From the IMG/VR virus record IMGVR_UViG_3300042334_000681, positions 1 through 40,003 of that record: a DNA stretch of 40,003 nt. One strand, given 5' to 3'. Below are positions 25,706-33,824 of the stretch, piece after piece; positions within the stretch are counted from its first letter, which is position 1; every line of letters starts with the position of its first letter. The notes below the pieces were generated by a model. It was not told where the DNA came from. It worked only from the letters and a program-made list of their open reading frames with translations, and ran no database searches. The position numbers and the translations under genes were made by a program. This DNA comes from a virus (lineage: Duplodnaviria > Caudoviricetes).

Positions 25706-27256
25706 TTAAACAATTTTGCCGTTCTTGGCCTGAATTTCTAACTTCTGTATGCTCAAAGGGAAGCCTTGAATGTCGCTCTCATACCCTGTCTGAACAATCT
25801 TGCCGCTGCTTGTGGGGTAGGCCACTAAAGTTTGTAGAGCAACACCGTCTGAGTATTGAGCTATGCCATATTCAGACACCCCGTAGAAGCTCTCTCCCTG
25901 AGAAGGAATCTGTACGTTTTGGGCCTGATAATTGCTGCTGAAGTCGTAGCCCCATTTGATAGTGACATACTGACCGCTACCGCCAATAACCACAATGCTT
26001 AGTTTCTTTAACACTGTTGTTATGCTTGGTTGTCCTAAGTCAGCATGGTTGGTAAAGTATTGGAACCGATATGTAGAAGTGTTGTCGTAATAGCCTGTAT
26101 ATTTCCCGACAAAGCCATTCTTACCGATTAAGACACTACCATCCCGTAAGGAGCAGAAGCAGGTTGGTGTAATGCTGTCCCATGTGGTGATACGAGCACT
26201 TCCGTCCTGCAAGGGCTGTTTGGTGTCGAAGCAATAGACCTGATTGGTGATAGGCACTGTCAGCAGGTAGAAGGCTTCTAACGGGCTGTACACGCTCTTT
26301 ACGAGGCTCAGGTCTGTACCGTCTAAGGTACGCATAAGGTCATCACGGACATTCTTGCTGAGGTCTCTAAATGGAGCACTCTTTTCCTGTATGGTTCGAA
26401 GCACGCTCCTCACGCCTGTCTTAGACAAGAAGATGACATCACTACCTGTGTTCTGTACGCTGTCTCTAGCAATGCAGCCAATGCCTGTAATTGTGTCTGT
26501 TAGCTTAAAGGAGGTAGGGTCTGATGGAGCTGTTGCCCCTGAATATACCAATATGTTCTGAGTACCGAAGATGAACAAATAGTCATTGTGGGCTGCTAGA
26601 GCTGTAATGGTGTCATTCCCATTAGGCCATACGGTTGTAACGTCTAATGTTCCTGCGCTACCTGTAGCATATTTCTCAGGGTGTTTAATATCACTCCATT
26701 GAATGAGGCTCTTGTCGGTAGTTGTGTCTACATTCCATACACGTCCCCAAGCACTCATACCAAAGTTGGCTTGTTGCACCGTGCCGCTATAGCCCGGATA
26801 TTCACTAATCCTTCTGTAGGTAGTAGGGGAAAGAGAAGAATCAAAGACCAATGGGTCATGTCCTCGTTGGAAAGCATAAGCAGCTCCCCCGAGGTTACAC
26901 ACGCTCCAATTGTCTCCTGTAATGGTTGGAGCTGTTCCGCCTCCCCCGTAGGTAATTTCAACCAATGCTCCGCCTGTTAGACGAAACACCTTGTTGTTAC
27001 CTGCCACCATTGTGTAGACATTACCTGCATCATCTACGTGTTCTGCTATAGTGCGAATAGCAGCAGAGCCTAGAGGCCCAGAAGCTGTGTTCTGTGGAAG
27101 CCAGCCCTTACGTGCGCCTATACGACCAAACTTGTCAATGACAGCGTTATTAGCTACCAGAGACCATCCCTGCTCTAGGTCTAAAGAGCTGTCTTGTGTG
27201 TTTAGACCAAAGAAGCCGGGAGCTGTTACACTGAATGTCTGTATGTTTTGTGCCAT
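25706..27256 (-). CDS. Tail tube/nozzle (DNA stabilisation) protein
   Basis: 516 aa beta-rich, F.GLNT start, GIGCIARDS; follows the adaptor gene. Confidence 0.7.
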   Translation of the reverse strand: MAQNIQTFSVTAPGFFGLNTQDSSLDLEQGWSLVANNAVIDKFGRIGARKGWLPQNTASGPLGSAAIRTIAEHVDDAGNVYTMVAGNNKVFRLTGGALVEITYGGGGTAPTITGDNWSVCNLGGAAYAFQRGHDPLVFDSSLSPTTYRRISEYPGYSGTVQQANFGMSAWGRVWNVDTTTDKSLIQWSDIKHPEKYATGSAGTLDVTTVWPNGNDTITALAAHNDYLFIFGTQNILVYSGATAPSDPTSFKLTDTITGIGCIARDSVQNTGSDVIFLSKTGVRSVLRTIQEKSAPFRDLSKNVRDDLMRTLDGTDLSLVKSVYSPLEAFYLLTVPITNQVYCFDTKQPLQDGSARITTWDSITPTCFCSLRDGSVLIGKNGFVGKYTGYYDNTSTYRFQYFTNHADLGQPSITTVLKKLSIVVIGGSGQYVTIKWGYDFSSNYQAQNVQIPSQGESFYGVSEYGIAQYSDGVALQTLVAYPTSSGKIVQTGYESDIQGFPLSIQKLEIQAKNGKIV

Positions 27257-27916
27257 CTATGTCCAGCTCCAGCTATCAAGCTCAGGGTAACGGCTTTGCT
27301 CAATGGCAATGTAGTCTGACAATGCGCTCTTGTACATGGAATAAGCCTCGCTGCTTGCCAAGCCTCCGTCTTCACCTCGTTCAACCAAGCCACGAGCAAG
27401 GGCTAACAAAACAACAGGCTCTTTAGGAACCTTCATTGTGCTGCTGTCTGCTACTAAAGAATCTTGTGGTTGGTAGATGTTAAAGAACACTTGATAGACA
27501 CCATCAGGAATAGGGAAGATGTCTACTTGTGTGTCGCCATTGCTGTCAATGCCGTTGTAGTTGTAGTAGTATGGCTGTCCCTTCTGTGGGTTTGCGCTCC
27601 CTAAGAAGCTCTGAGTCATACTAACGCTGTCCATGCTGTTCAGGTGATACCGATTGGTATTGTTATATACCTCAATGGTTTTAAACCGAGCACCTGTCCC
27701 TGCAAGGACATAGTTGAACACATCAGCCGTGGTGTTGGCTGTAAGTGTTGTTGTAAGAGCATTCCAATCGTAGCTGTCTTCCACTTGTCGTTTAGCATCA
27801 TTGACAAACTTCCCGACAAGGCGTGACAAGACGTGCTCATTCACCGTGGTCACTTCTGGCTCACGGAGACGAATAAGCACCTCATTTACTAGGTCTAAAT
27901 ATGAGGGGAGAGCCAT
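27257..27916 (-). CDS. Head-tail adaptor (tail tubular protein A-like)
   Basis: YLDLVNEVLIRLRE...VNDA...W...FPIPD..Y. Confidence 0.7.
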   Translation of the reverse strand: MALPSYLDLVNEVLIRLREPEVTTVNEHVLSRLVGKFVNDAKRQVEDSYDWNALTTTLTANTTADVFNYVLAGTGARFKTIEVYNNTNRYHLNSMDSVSMTQSFLGSANPQKGQPYYYNYNGIDSNGDTQVDIFPIPDGVYQVFFNIYQPQDSLVADSSTMKVPKEPVVLLALARGLVERGEDGGLASSEAYSMYKSALSDYIAIEQSRYPELDSWSWT

Positions 27917-28008
27917 TAGTAGCCTTTCTTAGGCGTAGGCATTGGGGTTGGTTTCTTACGCTTCTTGTTTGTGGCTGTGCGTTGTCCACGAATAGGCATA
28001 GTTTTCAT
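27916..28008 (-). CDS. 30-aa basic peptide
   Basis: MKTMPIRGQRTATNKKRKKPTPMPTPKKGY; SD AAGGAG, ATGA and TAATG overlaps with both neighbours. Confidence 0.6.
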   Translation of the reverse strand: MKTMPIRGQRTATNKKRKKPTPMPTPKKGY

Positions 28009-28472
28009 AGAGTCTCCTTTTGTGTTTTAGGCCAGACAAGTTGCAAAGCAGCAAGCTCATCCACATTTGTTAAAGCGTCTACTAAAGCCTCGTTAGCATT
28101 AGCAGCAGCACGAAGGGCAGCACGGGAAGTAAGCACCTCCGAGGGAACAACAGAACCTCCCTCAAAAGCCTTTAGTACCACATAGTCAGAAGGCTGAAGC
28201 AGGGAATAAGCTGTTTGCTTAATTTTCTCTTTCTTCTGTGCTTTGAGAGGCTCTAGGTCTTTAGCTATAGTAGAAAAAGTACCGTTGTCGTTTTCAGTCA
28301 CCCAATAGTAATTATCGTCTGGTCGGGCAGCAACAATAATCTCTGTAATTCCTAAAGCAGCTCGTTCCTCTTGGCTAGACATCTGAAGCCAGTTACTAGG
28401 GTATTGAACAGTTTCTAGCGTAAAGGCTTGACCTAAGCCAAGTCGTTGTCCATTAGGTAGTTTGTATATCAC
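28005..28472 (-). CDS. Tail fibre assembly-like protein
   Basis: QYPSNWL...LGI; LL..SDY...RAALR...WP end; follows a fibre/lectin gene. Confidence 0.6.
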   Translation of the reverse strand: MIYKLPNGQRLGLGQAFTLETVQYPSNWLQMSSQEERAALGITEIIVAARPDDNYYWVTENDNGTFSTIAKDLEPLKAQKKEKIKQTAYSLLQPSDYVVLKAFEGGSVVPSEVLTSRAALRAAANANEALVDALTNVDELAALQLVWPKTQKETL

Positions 28473-30118
28473 GGGTTTCCTTGTGCGTTAGAGTTTTTGA
28501 ATGTCGCCCCTGTAGTGCTCACTGAATAAGTGTTTGAACCACTCGTGTTATAAGACGAGGAAGAAGACCGCACCTTGAAACCATTAGCAAGTTTGTCAGA
28601 GTGGGTTCCAAAGGTAACAGCATTTCCGTTAATTGTCATAGTTGTTGGTACACCATTCAAATAAACAAATGGGCCATCTGCATTAGCATTGCCGGTAAAT
28701 GTTCCATTTGTTGTCACCGACCCCGTTGGCAGGTTGAAAGTGTTGAGGGCTACAAAGCCGCTTGGGGGTGTGTATGAAAACGGACGCTGCCCGAAGTTTA
28801 TATCTGCGATACTTGTTCCCGCAGCCGCTTGTCGAAGTTGAACAAAAGGAAAGTAAGTTCCTGCCGCCGCTGTTAAAGTTTGATTTGTTCCTGCTGATGG
28901 GTCGCCTGTTGTTCCAACTGACGAATTCCACCATAAATTATTTTTACCAAACCAAAATTTTCCGCTGTCAGCATCATACGCACACTGAAGAATATCTCCA
29001 GTTGCAAAAGCAATAACAGTCCCTGTATAAACAACGGTTATTCCGTTTGAAATTCGGGTAATTGCGTCATTTCTATCGCCATAAAAAATAACACCAACGG
29101 TCTCGCCAACATAAGCATTTAGCGCAATGCTTTGAATCATCATACCTACACCAAACCATGAACCAACCGTAGTATCTTGTGCTGTTACTACAGTTTCCCA
29201 GTAACACTTCCCAGTTGTTGGTATAGCAATAGTTGCTCTACACGCACCATACGCTGTGCTGGTATTCGTAAGTTTTAAATTTCCATTGCTTGCCGTGTTT
29301 ACTACAATATCTAACGGATTAAAAGTTGCATAGTTAGCCGCAGTCGCACTGGTCAGCGTAGGCACATCGGTTGTACTATCGTACGTGCTTCCTGTCGTAA
29401 CACTGATGTTGTTGGTTGTCCAGTTGTTGCTGTTCCCGCTGAAGTCGTTACCAAGGGTTGCTGCGCTTGCGTTGTTGGTGAACGGCAGGTAAAAGCCATT
29501 AGTGCCGTATGTGCCAGCGTACTTCTTAGGAAGCCATTGGTTGTAGATGCTGAACGCACCAAACGATGAGGGGGTCAGGGCTTGTCCGTCAATGAAGTTG
29601 ACTTCTGCTAGGTAGCCGTCAAAGTAATTTGCAGATGGCCCACCAATACTATGAACGCCTGTGCTGTTAATACTTGTGTCTACATTTAAAGCAAAATACC
29701 CATATGTTGGATTAACGGAGACTTGTACCCCATTAACATATAACTTTAATCGGTTTGTATCAGTTGCTTGTGTGGTATCTATAGCAAGAACAATATGATA
29801 CCAAGCAGCGGGGTCACGATAAACTGCGGATGTGTTCCCCCCATAATCCGCAGCGCCGTCTTGATATACAAATATAGTATTGTCATTGTCAAAGCGAAGA
29901 AGAAATGGGTATCCCCCTGTTGTAGCGCCAAATACGTTTTGGTAGGTGCTTAAAGTACCTCGCTTAACCCAACCACTCCAAGTAAATGTCTTGCGGTTAG
30001 AAGCCGTTGCGGGTGTCCGTGTTAAAGAAGCACTTGCACTAGACCGAAACCGTAGGCTGCGGGTGAGGTTGTACCCGCCATCATCCCCCAATAACAGGGG
30101 GTTTGCATTAAGAGTCAT
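28469..30118 (-). CDS. Virion protein with LamG/ConA and SPRY-like domains
   Basis: TWSGWVKR, AWYHIV, KLYVNG, FDGYLAEV; GKCYWE...GD....AYD.D.GK.WF.KN...NFGQ. Confidence 0.75.
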   Translation of the reverse strand: MTLNANPLLLGDDGGYNLTRSLRFRSSASASLTRTPATASNRKTFTWSGWVKRGTLSTYQNVFGATTGGYPFLLRFDNDNTIFVYQDGAADYGGNTSAVYRDPAAWYHIVLAIDTTQATDTNRLKLYVNGVQVSVNPTYGYFALNVDTSINSTGVHSIGGPSANYFDGYLAEVNFIDGQALTPSSFGAFSIYNQWLPKKYAGTYGTNGFYLPFTNNASAATLGNDFSGNSNNWTTNNISVTTGSTYDSTTDVPTLTSATAANYATFNPLDIVVNTASNGNLKLTNTSTAYGACRATIAIPTTGKCYWETVVTAQDTTVGSWFGVGMMIQSIALNAYVGETVGVIFYGDRNDAITRISNGITVVYTGTVIAFATGDILQCAYDADSGKFWFGKNNLWWNSSVGTTGDPSAGTNQTLTAAAGTYFPFVQLRQAAAGTSIADINFGQRPFSYTPPSGFVALNTFNLPTGSVTTNGTFTGNANADGPFVYLNGVPTTMTINGNAVTFGTHSDKLANGFKVRSSSSSYNTSGSNTYSVSTTGATFKNSNAQGNP

Positions 30119-30924
30119 TTAACATCCGTAATAAGTTTAGCTGTGATGCGTGTAGCACTCTCGACATAATAGGCAAGAACATCTACTGCATTAGCTGTTG
30201 TTGTTAAACTAGGAGCTGTACCTCCTGAGAACTTCCAAGAGCTTCCATACGCTAATGTACGGCTTCCTGTTGCGTCCTGAGTAATGGTGATGCTTCCATG
30301 CTGCCCTGCTGTTAGGTTGGTAGGCGAAGCTAGTGTTCTGTTTCCTGCCAATGTTACAGAGAAGTTGTTTCCTGTAGCAAAGTTAGGTGTAATTGTTGCT
30401 CCGTCTGTCAAGGCTACAACAGCTCCTCGTTGAGCCTGTGTGAAGCTCTGTGTGGCGTTTAGAACAGCATTGTTAGCATTGTAGGCTTGCACCGACACAC
30501 CAATAGCTGCTGGTTGCAGAGCACTGTCTGCTAACGTCCCTTGAGCTGCTGTAGCATAGGCTGTGCTGTTGGTAGCGGCTGCTGTGCCTAATGTAGGGGT
30601 TCCTGTAATGCTTGAATAAGCCACTGTTCCCCATGAGGTAGCTGTGCCATTCGTTGTCAGAAACTTGCCTGAGTTTCCTGTCTGTGAGGGAGCTGCTCCT
30701 GCCAATGCCTGAGCCAAAGCAGCACTAGCGGCTGCATCAGAGGCAGAGACACTAGCATTTCCAGCTTGTGTTGTTGCTGTTGCTGCTGCTGCCGTAGCTG
30801 TGTTTGCTGAAGCTGTAGCAGAGGTAGCTGCTGCTGTCGCTGTGTTTGATAAGGAAGAAAGCAGGTTCACCTCTACATCAGAGGTTGCGTCCCCACCACC
30901 GCCTTCACCTCTAAATATGGTCAT
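30115..30924 (-). CDS. Fibre-like structural protein
   Basis: Ala/Thr-rich stalk, PSQTGNSGKFLTTNG, C-terminal QDATGSRTL...P.LTT.ANAVD domain. Confidence 0.7.
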   Translation of the reverse strand: MTIFRGEGGGGDATSDVEVNLLSSLSNTATAAATSATASANTATAAAATATTQAGNASVSASDAAASAALAQALAGAAPSQTGNSGKFLTTNGTATSWGTVAYSSITGTPTLGTAAATNSTAYATAAQGTLADSALQPAAIGVSVQAYNANNAVLNATQSFTQAQRGAVVALTDGATITPNFATGNNFSVTLAGNRTLASPTNLTAGQHGSITITQDATGSRTLAYGSSWKFSGGTAPSLTTTANAVDVLAYYVESATRITAKLITDVK

Positions 30925-31092
30925 TTAGGCTTCCTTAGATTGTTTCTTGGGCTTGGCTTCTACAGGGGCTTCTACAGCTTCTGGCAGAGCTTCTGGCAGA
31001 GCAGAATATTCAGAATGTTTAAGCATCTCTTTGATGTCGTGTTCTACCAAGAACTCGTATACCTGTCCTGTGTGTTTGCATTTAAATTTCAT
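30925..31092 (-). CDS. Hypothetical protein, 55 aa
   Basis: SD AAGGAG; MKFKCKHTGQVYEF...ALPEALPEAVEAPVEA with short internal repeats. Confidence 0.65.
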   Translation of the reverse strand: MKFKCKHTGQVYEFLVEHDIKEMLKHSEYSALPEALPEAVEAPVEAKPKKQSKEA

Positions 31093-31131
31093 TGGTTTCT
31101 CCTTTATGGAAAGCTCTACATAAAGCCCTCT

Positions 31132-31167
31132 AAAAAGGAGAGAGTCCTTTTGAGACTCTCCCTCTTT
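31132..31167 (-). terminator. Intrinsic terminator after the capsid gene
   Basis: Minus strand GAGGGAGAGTC-TCAAAAG-GACTCTCTCC-TTTTT. Confidence 0.75.
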
Positions 31168-31193
31168 AAGCCAGTGTTAAGCTGGCTTGTCTA

Positions 31194-32117
31194 TCAGGCT
31201 GGTACAGCCAAAGCTACGAGGCTGAAGTCACGCAACTCTTTAGTCCCGTACAAGGTGTCAGCCGTGTACAGAGTAGCAAGATATTCCTGCTTGTATTGAG
31301 TTTGTGAACGAACACCCATTTGCTCGACCAAGACACCAGCGTCCTTATGACCCATCAAAGCAATACGGCAAGCAGTGCTACCAGAGGTGGTCTCTGCATT
31401 CGAGGTGACGAACACAGGGATACCATAGACATTACCGATTTCACCGTTGCGGATGGTGTTACCAGAGCCTTGTTCACCAACGAAGGCTTGCTCAGTGAAG
31501 CGAGCAATACCCATCATGGTGTTACGGGTGGAAGGAGGAATGATGAGGAAGCGAGAGTCCATAGGGACATCGTTGTCATCCAAACGCTGAATGCTACGAC
31601 GAATAGCAGCATCAGTGAGAGCACCTAAACCAGTGTTTGCACCAGCAACATAGGCGGTAGAGCCATCTGCGCCAGAGAAAGCACCTGAATAGGCGAGAGT
31701 GCCGCCACCGCCGTTAGCGTCACGGCCCAAGGCCAACACATCGGTGTCCACCTGTTTAGCGAGTGCATAACCAGCATCGGAGGTATAGAACTGACGCAAA
31801 GAGTTCAAGGCTTGTACTTCTACAATGTCCTCAATGAGGCGAGAATATTCGTAATGCTTGTTGATAAGCACCTGAACATTGCCCTCTGTTGCGGCAATAA
31901 GGTTTACTTGTGTAGAAGCTGCCTTCAAAGAAGCAGAGCCACGAGTAGGAGAAGGGATATTGATGGTATCGCCTTTCTTACCCTTGAAGCTCATTTTCTT
32001 AATGAGGTTTGCTGCTACCAAGTTCTTTTGGTAAGAGGCTACAATTTCATCCGACCAAATTGCGGGGATAAATGTTGCGCCTGTGGTTTTTGTTACGTGT
32101 GCGGTTCCGAGACCCAT
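31194..32117 (-). CDS. Major capsid protein
   Basis: FIPAIWS, GDTINIP, GYALAKQVD, YGIPV, D.LYG; after the scaffold and before a terminator. Confidence 0.9.
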   Translation of the reverse strand: MGLGTAHVTKTTGATFIPAIWSDEIVASYQKNLVAANLIKKMSFKGKKGDTINIPSPTRGSASLKAASTQVNLIAATEGNVQVLINKHYEYSRLIEDIVEVQALNSLRQFYTSDAGYALAKQVDTDVLALGRDANGGGGTLAYSGAFSGADGSTAYVAGANTGLGALTDAAIRRSIQRLDDNDVPMDSRFLIIPPSTRNTMMGIARFTEQAFVGEQGSGNTIRNGEIGNVYGIPVFVTSNAETTSGSTACRIALMGHKDAGVLVEQMGVRSQTQYKQEYLATLYTADTLYGTKELRDFSLVALAVPA

Positions 32118-32176
32118 ATTAAAATTTCCTTAAATATTTGATTATTGTGTACACCATAGACGGGATGCCTAGGCGA

Positions 32177-32956
32177 CTATTTCACACGACCCTGAGAGTA
32201 TGCTTCGAGAATTTCATCTCCTAGAGCAGCATAACGCTTGGGGTCTGTCATTTGAAGCCGAATGAGGTCGGTTCGACGATAGATTTTCTGTGAAGAACCT
32301 CCATTGCCATTGCCCGTATCTACACCAACTGCTTTCAAGTTCTGCTTTAGGACTTGTTGTCCGTCATCACGAGTTTGTTGGCTTTTTACAGAGCGAATTT
32401 GCTTGAATGTTGAGAGCAGCTCGTCGGCAGCTTCAATGTTGTATTGAGCATCAGCTTGTGCGTATAAATTGAGACGCACAGGAGAAGCCTTAACCCATTC
32501 GATGAACTCACTGTCTTTTACAACGTCTGCCATGTCCGGATGCTTTTTATTGAGCACTTCCTGACTACGCATCTGTTTCATTTCTAGTGTTGCTTGCTTT
32601 GCTGCAAGAACATCGGGGTGACTATCCACTGCCTGTCGAACAGCCTTCTTGGGGTCTTCAAAGAAGTCGTATTCGTTTTCTTGTTGTACAGGTTCTTGTT
32701 GCTTTGGGACAAGTTGTTGCTTGATAAGCTCGTCTGCTAGTTTACGAACCTCCCCTACTTCTTGTGCCTGTCTACCAATGAGCTTCTCAGCCTCTTGGTG
32801 CATAGTCACAATGTCCTCTAAACTCTTACCGACATATTTATCGGGAATTGAGGGCTTGTTGGGGGTTTCTGTTGCCTCTACAGGAGAGGCCCCGTCTTGT
32901 TCGGTGATGTCGTCAAACTTCTCATCAACCAATGTGTCTTCTTCAAAAATTGCCAT
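32177..32956 (-). CDS. Capsid scaffolding protein
   Basis: Acidic, IPDKY.GKS, ends AYSQGRVK; directly upstream of the capsid gene. Confidence 0.75.
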   Translation of the reverse strand: MAIFEEDTLVDEKFDDITEQDGASPVEATETPNKPSIPDKYVGKSLEDIVTMHQEAEKLIGRQAQEVGEVRKLADELIKQQLVPKQQEPVQQENEYDFFEDPKKAVRQAVDSHPDVLAAKQATLEMKQMRSQEVLNKKHPDMADVVKDSEFIEWVKASPVRLNLYAQADAQYNIEAADELLSTFKQIRSVKSQQTRDDGQQVLKQNLKAVGVDTGNGNGGSSQKIYRRTDLIRLQMTDPKRYAALGDEILEAYSQGRVK

Positions 32957-33018
32957 GTTTACCTTTCATCCTGCCTCAATGAGGTTTTAGGACATTTAAA
33001 TATGAATCCAGCTTGTGC

Positions 33019-33252
33019 TTATTCAGCGGCCTTCTTCTGTTCTTGTTTAAGTTTCTCCTCACGCTTTCTTACCCAAGCATCTGCTGCTCCGGGGAAAGCA
33101 CCTGTAATGCCCTCAAGGGCAACACGGGGAGTTGAAACAATCCGTATTGCGTCTTTGCTGCAAGTTTTACACTTTGCTGCTCTGACGCTTTCATCAATGT
33201 AATGCTCTGTGATGTGGTTGTTGTCGCACAGGAATTCAAATATTCGTTTCAT
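33019..33252 (-). CDS. FmdB-like zinc-ribbon protein
   Basis: IFEFLCDNNH...CKTC...A.RIVS.P. Confidence 0.65.
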   Translation of the reverse strand: MKRIFEFLCDNNHITEHYIDESVRAAKCKTCSKDAIRIVSTPRVALEGITGAFPGAADAWVRKREEKLKQEQKKAAE

Positions 33253-33481
33253 TTGTAATGTCCTCGTACACTTCCTCACACATTGCCTTACGCCCTAAAA
33301 CTAAATCAATAATGTCCAACTGCCCTTGGCGAAACTTTAATGTTTGTTCGTCCTTGACCTCATAGATGTTGTTGATGCTAGTCTTAATCTTTTCCATATC
33401 CTCAATAAACAGCTTCCAGCCTTCTGTAGCCATCATTGAGAAAGTTTGCTCATAGTATTGAGTAAGTTCGTTGTCTATCAT
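33236..33481 (-). CDS. Conserved small head-region protein
   Basis: 81 aa, GWK...L.FRQGQL. Confidence 0.7.
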   Translation of the reverse strand: MIDNELTQYYEQTFSMMATEGWKLFIEDMEKIKTSINNIYEVKDEQTLKFRQGQLDIIDLVLGRKAMCEEVYEDITNETNI

Positions 33482-33816
33482 TTGCTGGTATATTTCTCTA
33501 ACAAGAGTTGGATGACACTATCGAGAGTAGCAGGTTGAACCATTGCTCCCATTCCCATTGCTAGAGGCCTCATAGCCCCTGCTGGAGAGAATTGACCTAC
33601 AGCTCCTGCTGCTCCCATAGTGTCAGGCCGTAGGCGTGTTGTCATGCCTTGTCCTGTTGTTAGAGGTTCTCCGTAGCTCATGCGGTCTAATGTTTTAGCT
33701 ACATAAGGCAGACCAAGAGCTTCTCCAACCATTCCTGTAGCATTAGAGGCACTCTGTACCCCGTCTGCCATCATTCCCACTGTGGGGAGAGTTCTAGGTG
33801 TTTGTCGTATTCCCAT
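33478..33816 (-). CDS. Hypothetical Gly/Met-rich protein
   Basis: 112 aa, SD AAGGA. Confidence 0.65.
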   Translation of the reverse strand: MGIRQTPRTLPTVGMMADGVQSASNATGMVGEALGLPYVAKTLDRMSYGEPLTTGQGMTTRLRPDTMGAAGAVGQFSPAGAMRPLAMGMGAMVQPATLDSVIQLLLEKYTSK

Positions 33817-33824
33817 GTTCTTCC

